Origin: the human T2T-CHM13v2.0 reference genome, Homo sapiens
Direction: 5' to 3' (one strand)
Assembly: GCF_009914755.1 (NCBI RefSeq)
Contig: NC_060929.1
Length of the DNA: 64,000 nucleotides
Part shown: one piece after another, positions 40,545 through 57,713 of the stretch
How positions within the stretch are numbered: the first letter of the stretch is position 1
How the letters are laid out: every line of letters starts with the position of its first letter
Translations under genes and position numbers: made by a program
Notes under the pieces: model-generated
Databases searched by the model: none
The model's input: only the letters and a program-made list of their open reading frames with translations
Told to the model about the DNA's origin: nothing

Positions 40545-42967
40545 AAACAAACAAAGTAGGGAGTTCATCCCTTTGGGTCTTCATGCTAGCTTGTACAAAA
40601 GAAGGAGGAACAGTTTTCCCAGTGCTGTGAAATACAGTGTCAGGTACCTTAGAACCACGAAAACTTAGTGCTGGAGGGGCCACAGAGATGATCCAATGTA
40701 CTCATCCCATTGAACTGGGTGAGGAAACTACACCTGAGAGGTGATGGACTTTGTATAATACAAGGTCATGCAGCCAATAAGTCAGACTCGTTTTGAACCA
40801 GTTTTGTAACTCTAAATCTATTGCTCTTTCCAGACTGAAAACATTTAAAATTCCACATCCTCTTTTTGCCTTATTAGAAATCTTGTGAAATTCTCTTTGC
40901 CCTAACGGCATGTAACATGTTCAGGCAGGAAGAAGGAGTCTTTGTGTTTCATGAAATCATTATGTTTTTTACATGAGTATTTCTCACAGATAGAATGGGA
41001 GCAGTCTGGTCCATTTATCTTCTTCCTTGTTGGCAAGAGTTTCAGACTCTTGGCTTCCAACTGCATGTAGACAGGTATCAGAGCTGCTATCATAATCAAG
41101 AAAAAAATAATGTTTGAATGTTGCCAGTGCAAAGAAATGGTGGAAAACACTTTATTTCATGAAACCTTGAAAAGTCATTTTTTTAAAATGCTGAGATGCT
41201 AGAGTGTTCATTCATTCTGTTGAATAAAAGCACATCTTTACTTATTAGCTGGAAGGCTTGAGATCTGTGAAGGTTTTGTGTCTAGGAATAATGTGGAGGA
41301 AGGTATTCAACTCTAGTCAGTTTCCTCCATGGGCACGTTTTGGGGTCCTGAGCAGATACAGAAAGTAATAGCGTTTTAATACCATATTATTATGGAACCC
41401 ATTTGACAAAGCAAATGAAGGATGTATTTCTCAGTATTTCATCTTCATGTCTACTGAAAATATATAGATAAATATTCTAGCTAAGACTCTACTCATTTTG
41501 AGGCAAGTTCACGAGCCCTCTGTTAGCTGGTGTAGATGAGATTGTCTGTTTTTCCTTGGCATTCAACAATTCCACTCTTTTAATCTTTCTAGCATGCAAC
41601 AATTCCGAATCTCTGCAGCCAGGCTATGTATGACTGACGTCATTCCCACACATGGGTGAAGCCCACTCCGCATACATTATGGAAAGCAGCTCGTGTTAGT
41701 ATTTAAATGCGACTTGTCTCCCTGCCAAGGGAAGTGCAGGGCCTCTAATAAGCCCCATGTGTGGGGGAAACTTGTTTGGAAGTTTGGAATTTGCAGTTTC
41801 TGTAGAGGAATGTCCTATGAAAATACAGTTCTGTATTGGTCACCATGGCATCACCTTGTCACAGTTCAACTGCATTTGAGGGTTTAATATTCTTTGAGGA
41901 ATGTCTTCTTTTTTTACATTCATATAATATTGTACCCTACTAGAAAGGCAGTGAGAAGCTCATCTTGGTTTGCTAAGGATCACAGCCTTAGAACCCCTCT
42001 GGGCCTCAGCTTCTTCACCTAAATCCTGCAGGAGTTTTAGCTCTGATTCTTTACGGTTTGCTAGCAATCAAGTGCTGCCAGTACTTGTTAAGCTTTACTT
42101 TACAATTTTTCAATTCTTACTTGCTTACTCTGCCTCATCCACCTTCAGCTCCTGATAAACGATGCCCATCTCTTCTTTTACTACTTTTCCTTTGAATTTC
42201 TTCCTGTCTATGGAGAAAGCCATTGCACCCGGCTGATGGTTCCATTAATGATGCACATTCCCTCTTCTCTGAGCCCCATTATTCTTTGGAATTCATGACT
42301 TCTATTATACATTCTGAAGAAGCCCCTTTCAGGTCACAAATGACCATTCTCAGCCTACACGTTTTCCAGGGGAAAACCAAGCAGGCTATAAAATCCCCCT
42401 TCCTCACCACCACAGGGTGGCGAAGATCTTATACAACAGAGAGAGAGAGGCATAAAGCTAATGCAGCATAGCACAGATAGTCTGAAGTCAATTCCAACAA
42501 TACAGTGATGGAGGTATTTTGCAGAAAGCACACACTGGAAGAAAGCAAACCTCTGGATTATAATGTTTCACTACTTTTCTAAAGAGGAAGGATTTAAGTT
42601 AATATTAGCAGCACACGTATTATTTGCTATTTGTTGTAGATACATTTATTATTAAATTGCCAATTTAGTAAACATGTGGTATATTTAAGTTTAGGAATTC
42701 CCAATTAATCTTAGTTTCTTAAAAAAATTATAGATTAGAAATTTGTTTTTAATATCAACAGTTAAGTCTTATTCAGAAGTTATTAAGATCCAGGGACCAT
42801 ACTAACTAAGTGCCTTATATTTCTTGGAGGTAATGATTAAAGAATAGGGAAAAGTAAAAATAACCCTATTATTATAGTTTTGTCAATGGCCATTACCACT
42901 AAGCCACCAGAGCACATAGAAACATAAGGACATTTTGAAGAAAGATGATGAATTCTGTTTTGAGCAT

Positions 42968-43323
42968 TGTATTAGTCTGCTTTCACACTGCTATAAGGAA
43001 CTACCTGAGACTGGGTAATTTATAAAGAAAAGAGGTTTAATTGACTCACAGTTCCAAATGGCTGGGGAGGCCTTTGGACACTTACAATCATGATGGAAGG
43101 CAAAGGGAGAAACAAGGCATGTCTTACATGGTGGCAGGAGAGAGAGAGAGAAATTGCCACCCACTTTTAAACCATCAGATCTTGTGAGAACTCACTATCA
43201 TGAGAATAGCATGGGGGAAACGACCCCAGTGATCCAATCACCTCCCACCAGGTCCCTCGTTCACATGTGGGGATTACAATTAGGGATGAGATTTGGGTGG
43301 GGACACAGAACCAAACTGTATCA
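42968..43323 (-). mobile_element. THE1D/MSTA-like solo LTR
   Basis: tgtattagtc...gagatttgggtggggacacagaaccaaactgtatca; perfect 5-bp TSD agcat (42963-67, 43324-28). Confidence 0.93.
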
Positions 43324-43565
43324 AGCATATTGAGATTGAGGTCTTGATGGTACAAAGAGATGGAGATATCTAGATGGTCATCATAGTTAGTTTGAGACTT
43401 GAAGAAGAGGCTAAGGCTATACATTTGAAAGCGATTCACATACAAACATAAATTAGCTGAAAAATGGGATTAGGGTAGGTCATTCAGAGCAGGCCTGATG
43501 GAAAATAAAACGCAGAAAATCTAAGATGGAACCCCAAAGAAAGCAACATTTAAGAAGAGTCTGTG

Positions 43566-44635
43566 TGTCACTTCCGAGATGGCCGAATAGGAAGAGCTCC
43601 GGTCTGCAGCTCCCAGTGAGATCAACGCAGAACACGGGTAACTTCTGCATTTCCAACTGAGGTACCTGGTTCATCTCACTGGGACTGGTTGGACAGTGGG
43701 TGCAGCTCACGGAGGGCAAGCCAAAGCAGGGTGAGGCATCGCCTCACCTGGGAAGCACCAAGGGTCCAAGGATTCCATTGCCTAGCCAAGGGAAGCTGTG
43801 ACAGACTGTACCTGGAAAAATGGTAAACTCCCACCCAAATACTGCCCTTTTTGACAGTTTTAGCAACTGGCAGACCAGGAGATTCCCTCCTGTGCCTGGC
43901 TCAGCGGGTCCCATGCCCATGGAGCCTTGCTCACTGCTAGCGCAGCAGTCTGAGATTGAACTGCAAGGCTGCAGCCTGGTGGGGGGAGGGGCATCCACCA
44001 TTGCTGAGGCTTGAGTAGGTAAACAAAATGGCCAGGAAGCCCAAACTGGGTGGAGCCCACTGCAGCTCAGCAAGACCTACTGCCTCTATAGACTCCATCT
44101 CTGTGGGCAAGACATAGCTGAACAAAAGGCAGCAGACAACTTCTGCAGTCTTAAACATCCCTGTCTGACAGCTCTGAAGAGAGCAGTGGTTCTCCCAGCA
44201 TGGCAGTCAAGCTGTCAGAATGAAAAGACTGCCTCCTCAAGTGAGTCCCTGACCCCTGTGTTGCCTGACTGGGAGACACCTCCCAGTAGGGGCTAACAGA
44301 CACCTCATACAGGCGGGTGCCCCTCTTGGGCAAAGCTTCCAGAGGAAGGATCAGGAAGCAATATTTGCTGTTCTGCAATGTTTGCTGTTCTGTAATATTT
44401 GCTGTTCTGCAATATTTGCTGTTCTACAGCCTCCACTGGTGATACCCAGGCAAACAGGGTCTGGAGTGGACCTCCAGCAAACGCCAACAGACCTGCAGCT
44501 GAGGTGCCTGACTGTTAGAAGGAAAACTAACAATCAGAAAGGAATGGCATCAACATTAACAAAAAGGACATCCACACCAAAACCCCATCTGTAGGTCACC
44601 AACATCAAAGACCAAAGGTAGATAAAACCAAAAAG
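43566..44635 (+). promoter_or_regulatory. L1 5' UTR internal promoter (sense, and antisense promoter region), CpG-decayed
   Basis: Position and homology; YY1 motif agatggcc at ~43577. Activity cannot be seen from sequence. Confidence 0.55.
44359..44426. repeat. 4 x 17-bp tandem repeat (caatatttgctgttctg)
   Basis: Units start at 44359, 44376, 44393 and 44410, each at most 1 mismatch from the first. Confidence 0.95.
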
Positions 44636-45651
44636 ATGGGGAGAAGTGAGAGCAGAAAATCTGAAAACTCCAAAAACCAGAGCGCCTCTTCTCCTGCAGA
44701 GGATTTCAGCTCCTTGCCAGCAACAGAGCAAAACTGGACAGAGGATGACTTTGACGAGGTGACAGAAGTAGGTTTCAGAAGGTCAGTAATAACAAACTTT
44801 CTGAGCTAAAGGAGCATGTTTTAACCCATCACAAGGGAGCTAAAAACGTTGAAAAAAGGTTAGACGAATGGCTAACCAGAATAAACAGTGTAGAGAAGAC
44901 CTTAAATGACCTGATGGAGCTGAAAACCACAGCATGAGAACTTGGTGACGTATGCACAAACTTCAGTAGCTGATTCGATCAAGTGGAAGAAAGGATATCA
45001 GTGAGTGAAGATCAAATTAATGAAATAAAGTAAGAAGACAAGATTAGAGAAAAAAGAAATGAACAAAGCCTCCAAGAAATATGGGACTATGTGAAAAGAC
45101 CAAATCTACATTTGGTTGGTGTACCTGAAAGTGATGGGGAGAATGGAACCAAGTTGGAAAACACTCTTCAGGATATTACCCAGGAGAACTCCCCCAACCT
45201 AGCAAGGCAGGCCAACATTCAAATTCAGGAAATACAAAGAACACCACAAAGATACTCCTCGAGAAGACCAACCCCAAGACAAATAATCGTCAGATTCACC
45301 AAGGTTGAAATGAAGGAAAAAATGTTAAGGGCAGCCAGAGAGAAAGGTCAGGTTACCCACAAAGGGAAGCCCATCAGACTAACAGTGGATCTATCTGCAG
45401 AAACCCTACAAGCAAGAAGAGAGTGGGGGCCAATATTCAACATCCTTAAAGAAAAGAATTTTCAACCCAGAATTTCATATCCAGCCAAACTGAACTTCAT
45501 AAGTGAAGGAGAAATACAGTCCTTTACAGACAAGCAAATGCTGAGGGATTTTGTCACCACCAGTCCTGCCTTACAAGAGCTCCTGAAGGAAGCACTATCA
45601 TGGAAAGGAACAACCAGTACCATCCACTTGTAAAAACATGGCAAATTGTAA
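44636..45651 (+). pseudogene. L1 ORF1p, disrupted
   Basis: ATG at 44636; premature stops in the coiled coil; RRM/CTD open in ORF 45091-45633 (KRPNLHLVGVPESDGENG...ARREWGPIF...YPAKL). Confidence 0.93.
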
Positions 45652-45711
45652 AGACCATCGATGCTATGAAGAAACTGCATCAAATAACGGGCAAAATCAG
45701 ATGACATCATA

Positions 45712-49517
<3,806 letters not shown>

Positions 49518-52500
49518 ACAATGAGAACACATGGACACAGGGTGGGGAACATCACACATTGGGGCCTGTTGGGGGTTGGGGGGCTGGGGGAGGGAAAGCA
49601 TTAGGAGAAATACCTAATGTAAATGACAAGTTGATGGATGCAGCAAACCAACATGGCACATGTATAACTATGTAACAAACTTCACGTTGTGCAGATGTAC
49701 CCTAGAACCTAAAGTATAATAATAATAAAAAAGAAGAGTCTCTGAAGGAGGCAAGGAGAACTAGCTGAGAGAGATATCTAGAGAAATGAATATTCTGTCA
49801 CATACTCAAGAGAGGGGGAAAAGTTCTGCTATGTAGTCTTTTGGAATGGTCCCAAAATCAAATCTGCTGGTATTTTGAATTGGGCCATTGGGTTACTCCA
49901 GTAAGAACAGCTTCTAGCAAAGAAGAAGATTCCATTTCACAAGTGGTTTAGGGATGAATGAAGAGTAATGAGAGGGACATGGCAAATGAAGAACACTATT
50001 AAGAACATTTGGATGCAAAGTAAAGTCTCAATGATAGCTAGAGAAACAAGGGACATATTTTATTTTTAAGAAAAGAGAAACTTTGAGTATTTGTGGATTG
50101 AGGCAAATTTTTCATTCAATGATAACCAGATCTAGGATGTGGTGAGTGATAGAATGTACAGTGAGAGATGGTTGAAATTCAAGATACAAGTCTAGATTTC
50201 TAGGTGCACATGCTACTTGGTATTGCTACTCAGGGTTAGAAAGAGAGGAAGATGGTAGATATGGTCTTAAACTATTCAATGTATAAATGGAATTGACCAG
50301 GGAGTCAGTGGGTGACAGTGATGAAGAAGCATAGAGCATAATTTTAGCTGGAGGGCGTGAGCTTCAGAGAAATAGGAACTCTTGAATGAAGGTGCACAGA
50401 TAACAATACGGAAGAGAGAGAAGACTGGAAAAGAAACGACAACCCCAACTCCTGCCTCCATCTTTTGTGCAGATTGGTCCCTGTCCATTAGGGAAGAAAC
50501 ATAGGAACATTTCATTCATCATCTAATTATTTGGAATTCACTTACAAAGCATTTTCAGTTTTATAGAAAAAAAATCACAATATCACAATTTGCTTTGGGA
50601 CAGCTTAAACTGAAAACTTTCTGTCTTGTGGACCAAAGCAAGTATTTTTGATTTTCTAGTCACTCATTCTGAATAAGAAAAACATGAATGGTCTACATTT
50701 CTAATTAAGGCTCTGAGAATGTCTACTGTACATTTTATTTTCCCTGGAACCTTTCTGACAAGGTTAAGAGAGGCTGTGGTAATTGCCAGCACATTGCGGA
50801 TTCAATTTGGTTTGAGGGGAGAATTTTAAAACCCAAGCTCAGCAGGCCAAACCTCACAAAAGGTTTAAATTTTGAAATAAAGGCCCGGGCCTGCAGTCAT
50901 CTCATTAATACCCGTGGACTCTGCTTGTGTATGTATCTCAGCGACAAGCCCTATGCAATCAACTATGAGCTTCTACCAGTAACCTTTGTGTCTGGATATT
51001 TTACTTGAGGGGAAAAATAATAAGAGGCTGCTGGTTTTAGAAAAGTCAATAAAGCAGGTACTTCCAGAGGAAAAACTGATGGTGAACTTGTGAGACACAG
51101 GGCCATTCTTGGAACTGACATGTCCACAGGGTTACAGAACAAAACAGCTCAGGAGAGAGAATTCTCCCATGGTAATTTTGCATGAATTACACGGCACCTT
51201 AAGTGTTTCTAGGACACCCAAGAAAAAGAATTATTCATGCCTCCTTGATCATTTCAGCCTAACAGCATAAACCAGTATAAAAGAAGGGCTGCAGTGCAAT
51301 GCTGTTGGGCCTGGAATGATTTACAGAGCATTTTTTCCCTCAAGAGACTCTCTAAGGGGAGTTGGGGATGGGGAAAGTTGCTGCAGGTTAATTGTGAAGC
51401 GGTTCCAAAAATTAGAATTGGCATGCAGGCAGAGGGTGTTAAAGGAGACAAAGTGTAGATGGGGAGTTGCCTGGGCTAGGGAAGGGGAAAGGAGGAGAGG
51501 AGAGTATAAAAGCCAGGATATTGCAAAGGGTTTGCTTAGCTGCCAGGAGCTCTGAAAGTGAGAAAACGGTGCATTACCAAGGTAGAAAATCACTTAGCTC
51601 CTTAGAGCAAAGAAAGCATGCAACTCAAAACCAAAAGGAGTTTTGCTGATGGAGGTATGAAGCCAACTCTGGTACCCTGTCAAAGCGTCATTGTGCGTGG
51701 TGAATAAACATGAAGTCTTTTTGTGTGAATTGCTGACTTTATCATTGCTTTTAGGCAAATCCATCTTTGTGTTTAAGCCCTTCACTTTATGTTTAAGCCT
51801 CTTTTACTAATACCTGATGTTCAGTAGACTAGCCTGTCAAATAATATATGCAGAGATTATCTATTCTTTGGAATGGTCCACAACTATTTTAGATTTCTAA
51901 GAACTGTCTTTTAGATGATATTTTGAGTGTTTCCAAAATAATTTTCTTTCTCTGTAAAACTGTAAAAGGTATTAAAAATAAAGCATGCGAGTATCAATTA
52001 CACTGAGAACCACATCAAACAGCTTCTGTTTGGAGAACTCTTTAGAGAAAGTGGGGAGAAAAGGAATTTTCATAGATATTCATTAATATTCATAGAACAA
52101 AAAAAGTATAAATTTTCATGCACATTTTTCCCAGAAAAATACTATAGTAGCAAAACAGGGAATTTTTAGCTCACGTTTGACTTTTCAAAAACAAAATCAA
52201 ATAAAAAGATGACACCTGTGAGCTTCTGCCTACTTGCTTTGTTCAGGTTTTTACCCCTGAAATATCCTCTCCTCCCTTTTCTATGCATCCTAGTCCTTTG
52301 GAGCTCATTGACTTTTCCCCTCCTCTGTGAAGCTGCTGTTTGCAATCCTGCCTATGGCGATTCAGCACTCTTACACCATTTATTTTCTTGTGTAGTAATT
52401 TAATGTTCTATAAATGTGCTTTGTTTTCATATGTAGGAAAAGCTCTTTGTGGAAAGAGAACCCTTCAAAATGATGATTATTTTTTATTTGCCTCTGAATT

Positions 52501-55088
52501 CTCCTATCCATTCAGCTTTGCAAATTGGTGCTAGGGAGGTATACTCAATTGGTATTTATTGATTAAATAAAAAATGCAGTAGCTGGAATGCTAACATAAT
52601 TTCTTTAACAAAAAGTATATAAACCAAAGTTTATTCTCTGCCAAGACACATGTTTCTATCTGTATGATTCATTTTATTGCCTCAGATTTAAAAGCCCTCA
52701 TTTCCTCTGCCCCACAGGAAGATATTGAATAAGAGAGATTTTAGAAAATCTTATAAGCATATGGTGTAACATGCTTGTCTCCTGTGCTGTAAATATTGGG
52801 AAAGATTCATGGCATTCACACTGCCACAGAAGTACAATTCTGCACTGGTTTCCCTGCAAAGAAAATGAGTGAGTTTGGAACTTCTCAGGCTAGTGAACAC
52901 ACATTTCACTTTGCAAATTTCACCTGTCCATCACTTCATACAATATTGTGCAGGGTCTTTCTTTCCTAAGCATATACTTGAAAGATTACATCAAGAAGGA
53001 AGATATCACCATAACCCCAAAATACTGAAACATGCTCTTTGATATTGCTCTCTTTTTGAAGTCACCCATCTACCAATTATGTCAATATCTGTGCCACTGT
53101 TGGCTCTTAGCTGATAGGTGAATATTATACACGGTTCAAAATAAAAATGTAAAACTTATGCAAATCTATTTTAGTGAAAATTGCAAATCTTGCAAAAGAT
53201 TCAGGATTTCATAAAGTCAATGAAAGTGATATTGGAGAAATATGATTCAGTCCTTACACCACACAGAAAAATAAATTCTACTTTAAATGTCTAAATTTTA
53301 AGAAACTTAAGTTAGAAAGAAAATATATAAGAAAATTCTTTCCTAATTTGGAGGTGGCAAAGGTCTCAGTAAGACAGAGAATCCAGAATACACAAAAATA
53401 AGGACTAAGATCCTTAATCACGCTAGAAGGAAAGAAAATATCATGATTCAATTAAGGATACAAAATAAAAAATAAAAAAACAGTGGGGCAGACTAGGAGA
53501 GAGGATGAGTTATTAAAGTTAACTTTTTCTGATTCTAACACCTTTATGCAGTGTTTATGGAGAGAAGCTATTTCCTCCCCTTTCCATTGTCTAGAGAGAA
53601 AGACCCTAAGAGATTCACTTACAAATTATAAGAGGTGTCTGCAAGAAGAAAGGTATATTCAGTTCCTGAGTTAAATGAGTACTTGGTCATTATGCTTATT
53701 AACCTTCACTGGTGTTATTCTCGCAGGGGACTATATATTATTGAGCAATGGCACAAAGGCCTGACCAGGTGGAGAAGAAATGAGGTTACCTTTCTAGGTC
53801 CCTGATCTTGACAAACATGGAAGATGGATCCTGCAAATTGTTGATGGATACAGAGACAGAGATCAAGATGCTAGAAAGAACCTGGATTTAGGAATCCTGA
53901 TGCAATATTAGTCTCTATCAGAGACGAATTAAAATCTCTGGAGTGATTCATTCAAGTTTGAAACAATGGCTGTTTGAAGTAGATATTTGAGTACTGTTGG
54001 ATAATTTTAATAGCGAATAACTCAAATCCTCAGAAAATAAAAAGTGGTTAGAAGAATAAGCTTACTCGAGTTGTTGAAACTAATTTCTCTGCCACCACCA
54101 ACTCTTTCTGTGAGATAATTGTGCAGGGGAATGCATGGAGAATTATTTTTGACACTCTTATCTTAGACCCTCACCCTAAGCCTGGAATGTGTATCAGAAA
54201 TATGGCCAACACACTGAGACAGGAGATAGGTGAGGTCATGTTGTCTGTACAGGAAATAATGATGCATCGGAAACTGAAAGTATTTTCAAACGATAGAACA
54301 GCTACCCAGGAAGAAAAGACATTTGAACCTTGGCTGACCCATCCTAACAGAAATCTGCAAGAGTAGTGGTGAGTGGAATGTGAGAATGATAGGGACTAGT
54401 GGAAGGCTTTAAAGAGTGTGCAGCAGAGGTCATCAAGTTTCCCGAGATAGGCAGTACCTACATAGCTCTAGCCACATAATACACTGGCTAAGTATTTTAA
54501 GAATTGCAAATAATAAGAAAGAAGGCAACAGCCTCTCGAAGGCAACAGCCTCTCAAAGGCTTGGCTCCAGAACGTTTTAGGAAACATTGCTCTCACATGG
54601 CAGGGTACACATTATTAGTTATTGGACTACTCTCAGTGAAACACTATTATGCAAATTTAGGCACAAGACTAATTCTTGAGCTTCCCAGAGCTGAAAGAAA
54701 TGCTTAGATCATTATCTGGAACTTGAGAGCCAACTTGGCTGTGACAGCAGCTCTGAGCATTGTTCAGTGATGAACTTGAAAAGATCTGTAATTAGAAGAC
54801 TCAATGTCCTAACATAAAAAGTATTTCTGAGATAACTGCCGAGGATTTAGGGCAACAAAAATGCCCACGTTGTTGTTTTGCTTCTGAGGAAGATGGTTAC
54901 TTCCCTGTAGCCTGCACATAGGAGACTCTACTGCTAATGATGGAAAAAGTTGATTCTGAAAACCTCACACAATGAGAGGGACTCAGGTGAAGGGGCTTTG
55001 ATTTTGCAAATGATTGGGCTCAGCAGTGTTAAGGATCTCTTATTACACAGCCCACAGGAAGCTGAAGAAGGGTGTGTGGTAGACTGAG

Positions 55089-55478
55089 TGATATGGTTTG
55101 ACTGTGTCCCCACCCAAATCTCATCTTGAATTGTAGCTCCTATAATTCGCATGTATTGTGGGAGGAACCCAGTGAAAAACAGTTGAATCATGGGGGTGGT
55201 TTCCCCTGTACTTACTCATGGTATTGAATAAGCCTCATAAGATCTGATAGTTTTATAAGGGGAAACCCCTTTCCCTTGGTTCTCATTTTCTCTCTTGCCT
55301 GCCGCCATGTAAGACATGCTTTTCGTCTTCTGCCATGATTGTGAGGACTCCCCAGCCACATGGAACTGTGAGGACTCCCCAGCCACATGGAACTGTGAGT
55401 CCATCAGACCTCTTTTTCTTTATAAATTACCCCGTCTCAGGTATGTATTTATCAGCAGTGTGAAAACAGACTAGTATG
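55089..55478 (+). mobile_element. THE1 (B/C-like) solo LTR with an internal 27-bp tandem duplication
   Basis: tgatatggtttgactgtgtccccacccaaatctcatcttgaattgta...gaaaacagactagtatg; TSD ctgag (55084-88, 55479-83). Confidence 0.93.
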
Positions 55479-55539
55479 CTGAGTAATCAGCCCATAGCTG
55501 TCTGCCTTCATTGGATAGTCTCCAGAAGTTGTCAACATT

Positions 55540-55897
55540 ATGGGACTTTACAGACGTGACTAAGTTAAGGGTCTTGAGATGGGGAGGTGATCTTTATGGG
55601 CCCAATGTCATCACAAGGGTCCTTATAAGAGGGAGGTAGGAGGGTCCAAGTCAGGGTGGTGTGAGAACAGAAGCAGAAGTCACAGTGAAGCAGGACGTTG
55701 GAACAAGGAATATGAGCAGCCTCTAGATGCTGGAAAAGACAGGGAAACGATCTTCTCTGAGAATCTCCAGGAAGAAGTCAGCCCTGCTGACTCATTTAGG
55801 ACTTCTGACCTCCAGAACCATAAGTTAATAACTTTGTGTTGTTTTAGGCTGCTAGGTTTGGGGTCCTTTATTATAGCAGTGGTAGGAAGCTAATGCA
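55540..55897 (+). mobile_element. MLT1 (B-D-like) LTR, 5' part missing
   Basis: gggactttacagacgtgactaagttaagggtcttgagatgggg...gacttctgacctccagaac...ggaagctaatgca. Confidence 0.8.
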
Positions 55898-57142
55898 GGT
55901 GGACAAGACTAAAATCCCCACGGAGTGATCAGAACTTGTCAATAAGAGAGGCCGACCACCTCCACACTGGCCACCCTGTGCTAGGCCCCCTGAGAGTGAA
56001 TTCAAAGTTAACTTCACTGCTGATGCCCTGAGTTCCACAGCAGGGGTCAGGCCCCCACACAGGAGCAAGAGCTGCCTGTTTCAAGGTGATGTCATTGGGC
56101 CTATTGCTTCGGGGCTGATTCTGACTTTGGTTAAGAAGAGAAGACAGCCAGAGGCTCACACTGCAGACAAGCCCACTCTGCTGGATACACCTGAATCCTT
56201 AAATTGGGAGGTCTGAGCTCAAGGAAGCAGTTCACTCTTAGGTTTCCCTGGGCTCATCAACAAATTTCTCAGTATCAGGGAAATCCAAGAAGGAATTAGG
56301 GCCCTTCAGAGTTGAAGAAGGCAGAATTGGAGTTGGAGAAGCTGCAGAGGAGGATCTGTCACCATAAAGAGAGAGGTCTAGAGGTCTAGCACTGCAGAGT
56401 CACCTGGAGAGGCACCTGGGGAAATGCCAGATACAAGACCAGATATTGCTGTGCCTTTGAGAGGTGACCTGGAGTGGTGGTGAAGGACCTTCTGGTGAGC
56501 AAACAACCTTGTCACATACAGAAACTGTGAACCAAGAGTGGCCTCTGGATGAGTCACGTCCAGTTCCCCAGCTTCACCCAAAGCCCAGCTCTCATCCTGC
56601 CACCACTGAGTTTCCAAACTCTGCTCCATGTTCTACCAAATTTAGCTCTAGGTTGAAGCTTATTAATCCTATTCTGCAAAACATAGCTCCTTAAAAGACA
56701 GCATCGTTGACTTCCCTTTGAGACCTCACCCTCACACCAAAGTGCAACCCAAAACCCTGGCCGTCTCCCTGGACAGTCTTGGAATAGGCTTGGGGGGATG
56801 CTGTATGTGGATGGGTCTGAGGAAATAGGGAGAATGAGAAGTCTTTGGGAATGGGTTATGTGGGAAGAGTAGTGGGGAATCAGTAAAATTTGCTATGTGA
56901 TATCTGCTGTGCTCGTAATATCTTTAGTGTTAACTCTAATACTCATGACTGGACTGTGCATTTCAGTTTCCTTTTGAGAGCTACACTAAACTGCTGCACC
57001 TTGGCCACTTCAGAGTTACTGCAATGTCTGCCCGATAAAAGTATTCAAATGTAGAGTGTAGCTTTAAAAGCACATTTGTCAGCCCCTTTAAAAATAAATG
57101 AAATGTTGGCAAACATTTTACTTTTCTTAAAGTAATATTTAA

Positions 57143-57713
57143 GCAACCTGAGTGTTCATCAACAGATGAATGGATAAAAAAAACCATGGCATACACATAA
57201 AATGGAATATTATTCCACCATAAAAGAGAAAGAAATCTTGCCATTTGCCACAACAGAAATGAACCTGGAGGACATTATACTAAGTGAAATAAGCCAAACA
57301 CAGAAAAACACATACTGCATGAGCTCACTTTTCTGTGGAATCTAGAATAGACAAACTCATAGAAGCAGAGAGTAGGGTAGTAGTTGCCAAAGGCAGGGAG
57401 GTGGGGGACATGAGGAGATGTTGGTCAAAGGGTACAAACTTTCAGTTATAAGATAAATACATTCTTGGGATATAATATACAACATAGTGCTAAAGTTAAT
57501 ACTACTGTATTGTTTACTTAAAAATTTCTAAAAGAGTAAATCTTAAATGACCTCATCATATACACTCACAAAATGGTAATTATGTGTGGTGATTGACATG
57601 ATTAATTTGATTATGGTAATCACTACACAATATATACGTATATCAAATCATCATGTTATACACCTCGAATGTATATTAATTTTTTCAATTATACTTCAAT
57701 GAAGCTGGGAAAA
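57143..57713 (+). mobile_element. L1MA/MB-type 3' end, 5'-truncated
   Basis: aacagatgaatggataa...aagggtacaaactttcagttataagataaat...tatacttcaatgaagctgg; TSD gtaatatttaa (57132-42, 57715-25). Confidence 0.88.

Noticed and set aside
44359-44426. Direct repeats resembling a CRISPR-like array
   Set aside because: Head-to-tail units with no spacers, inside an L1 5' UTR in primate DNA.
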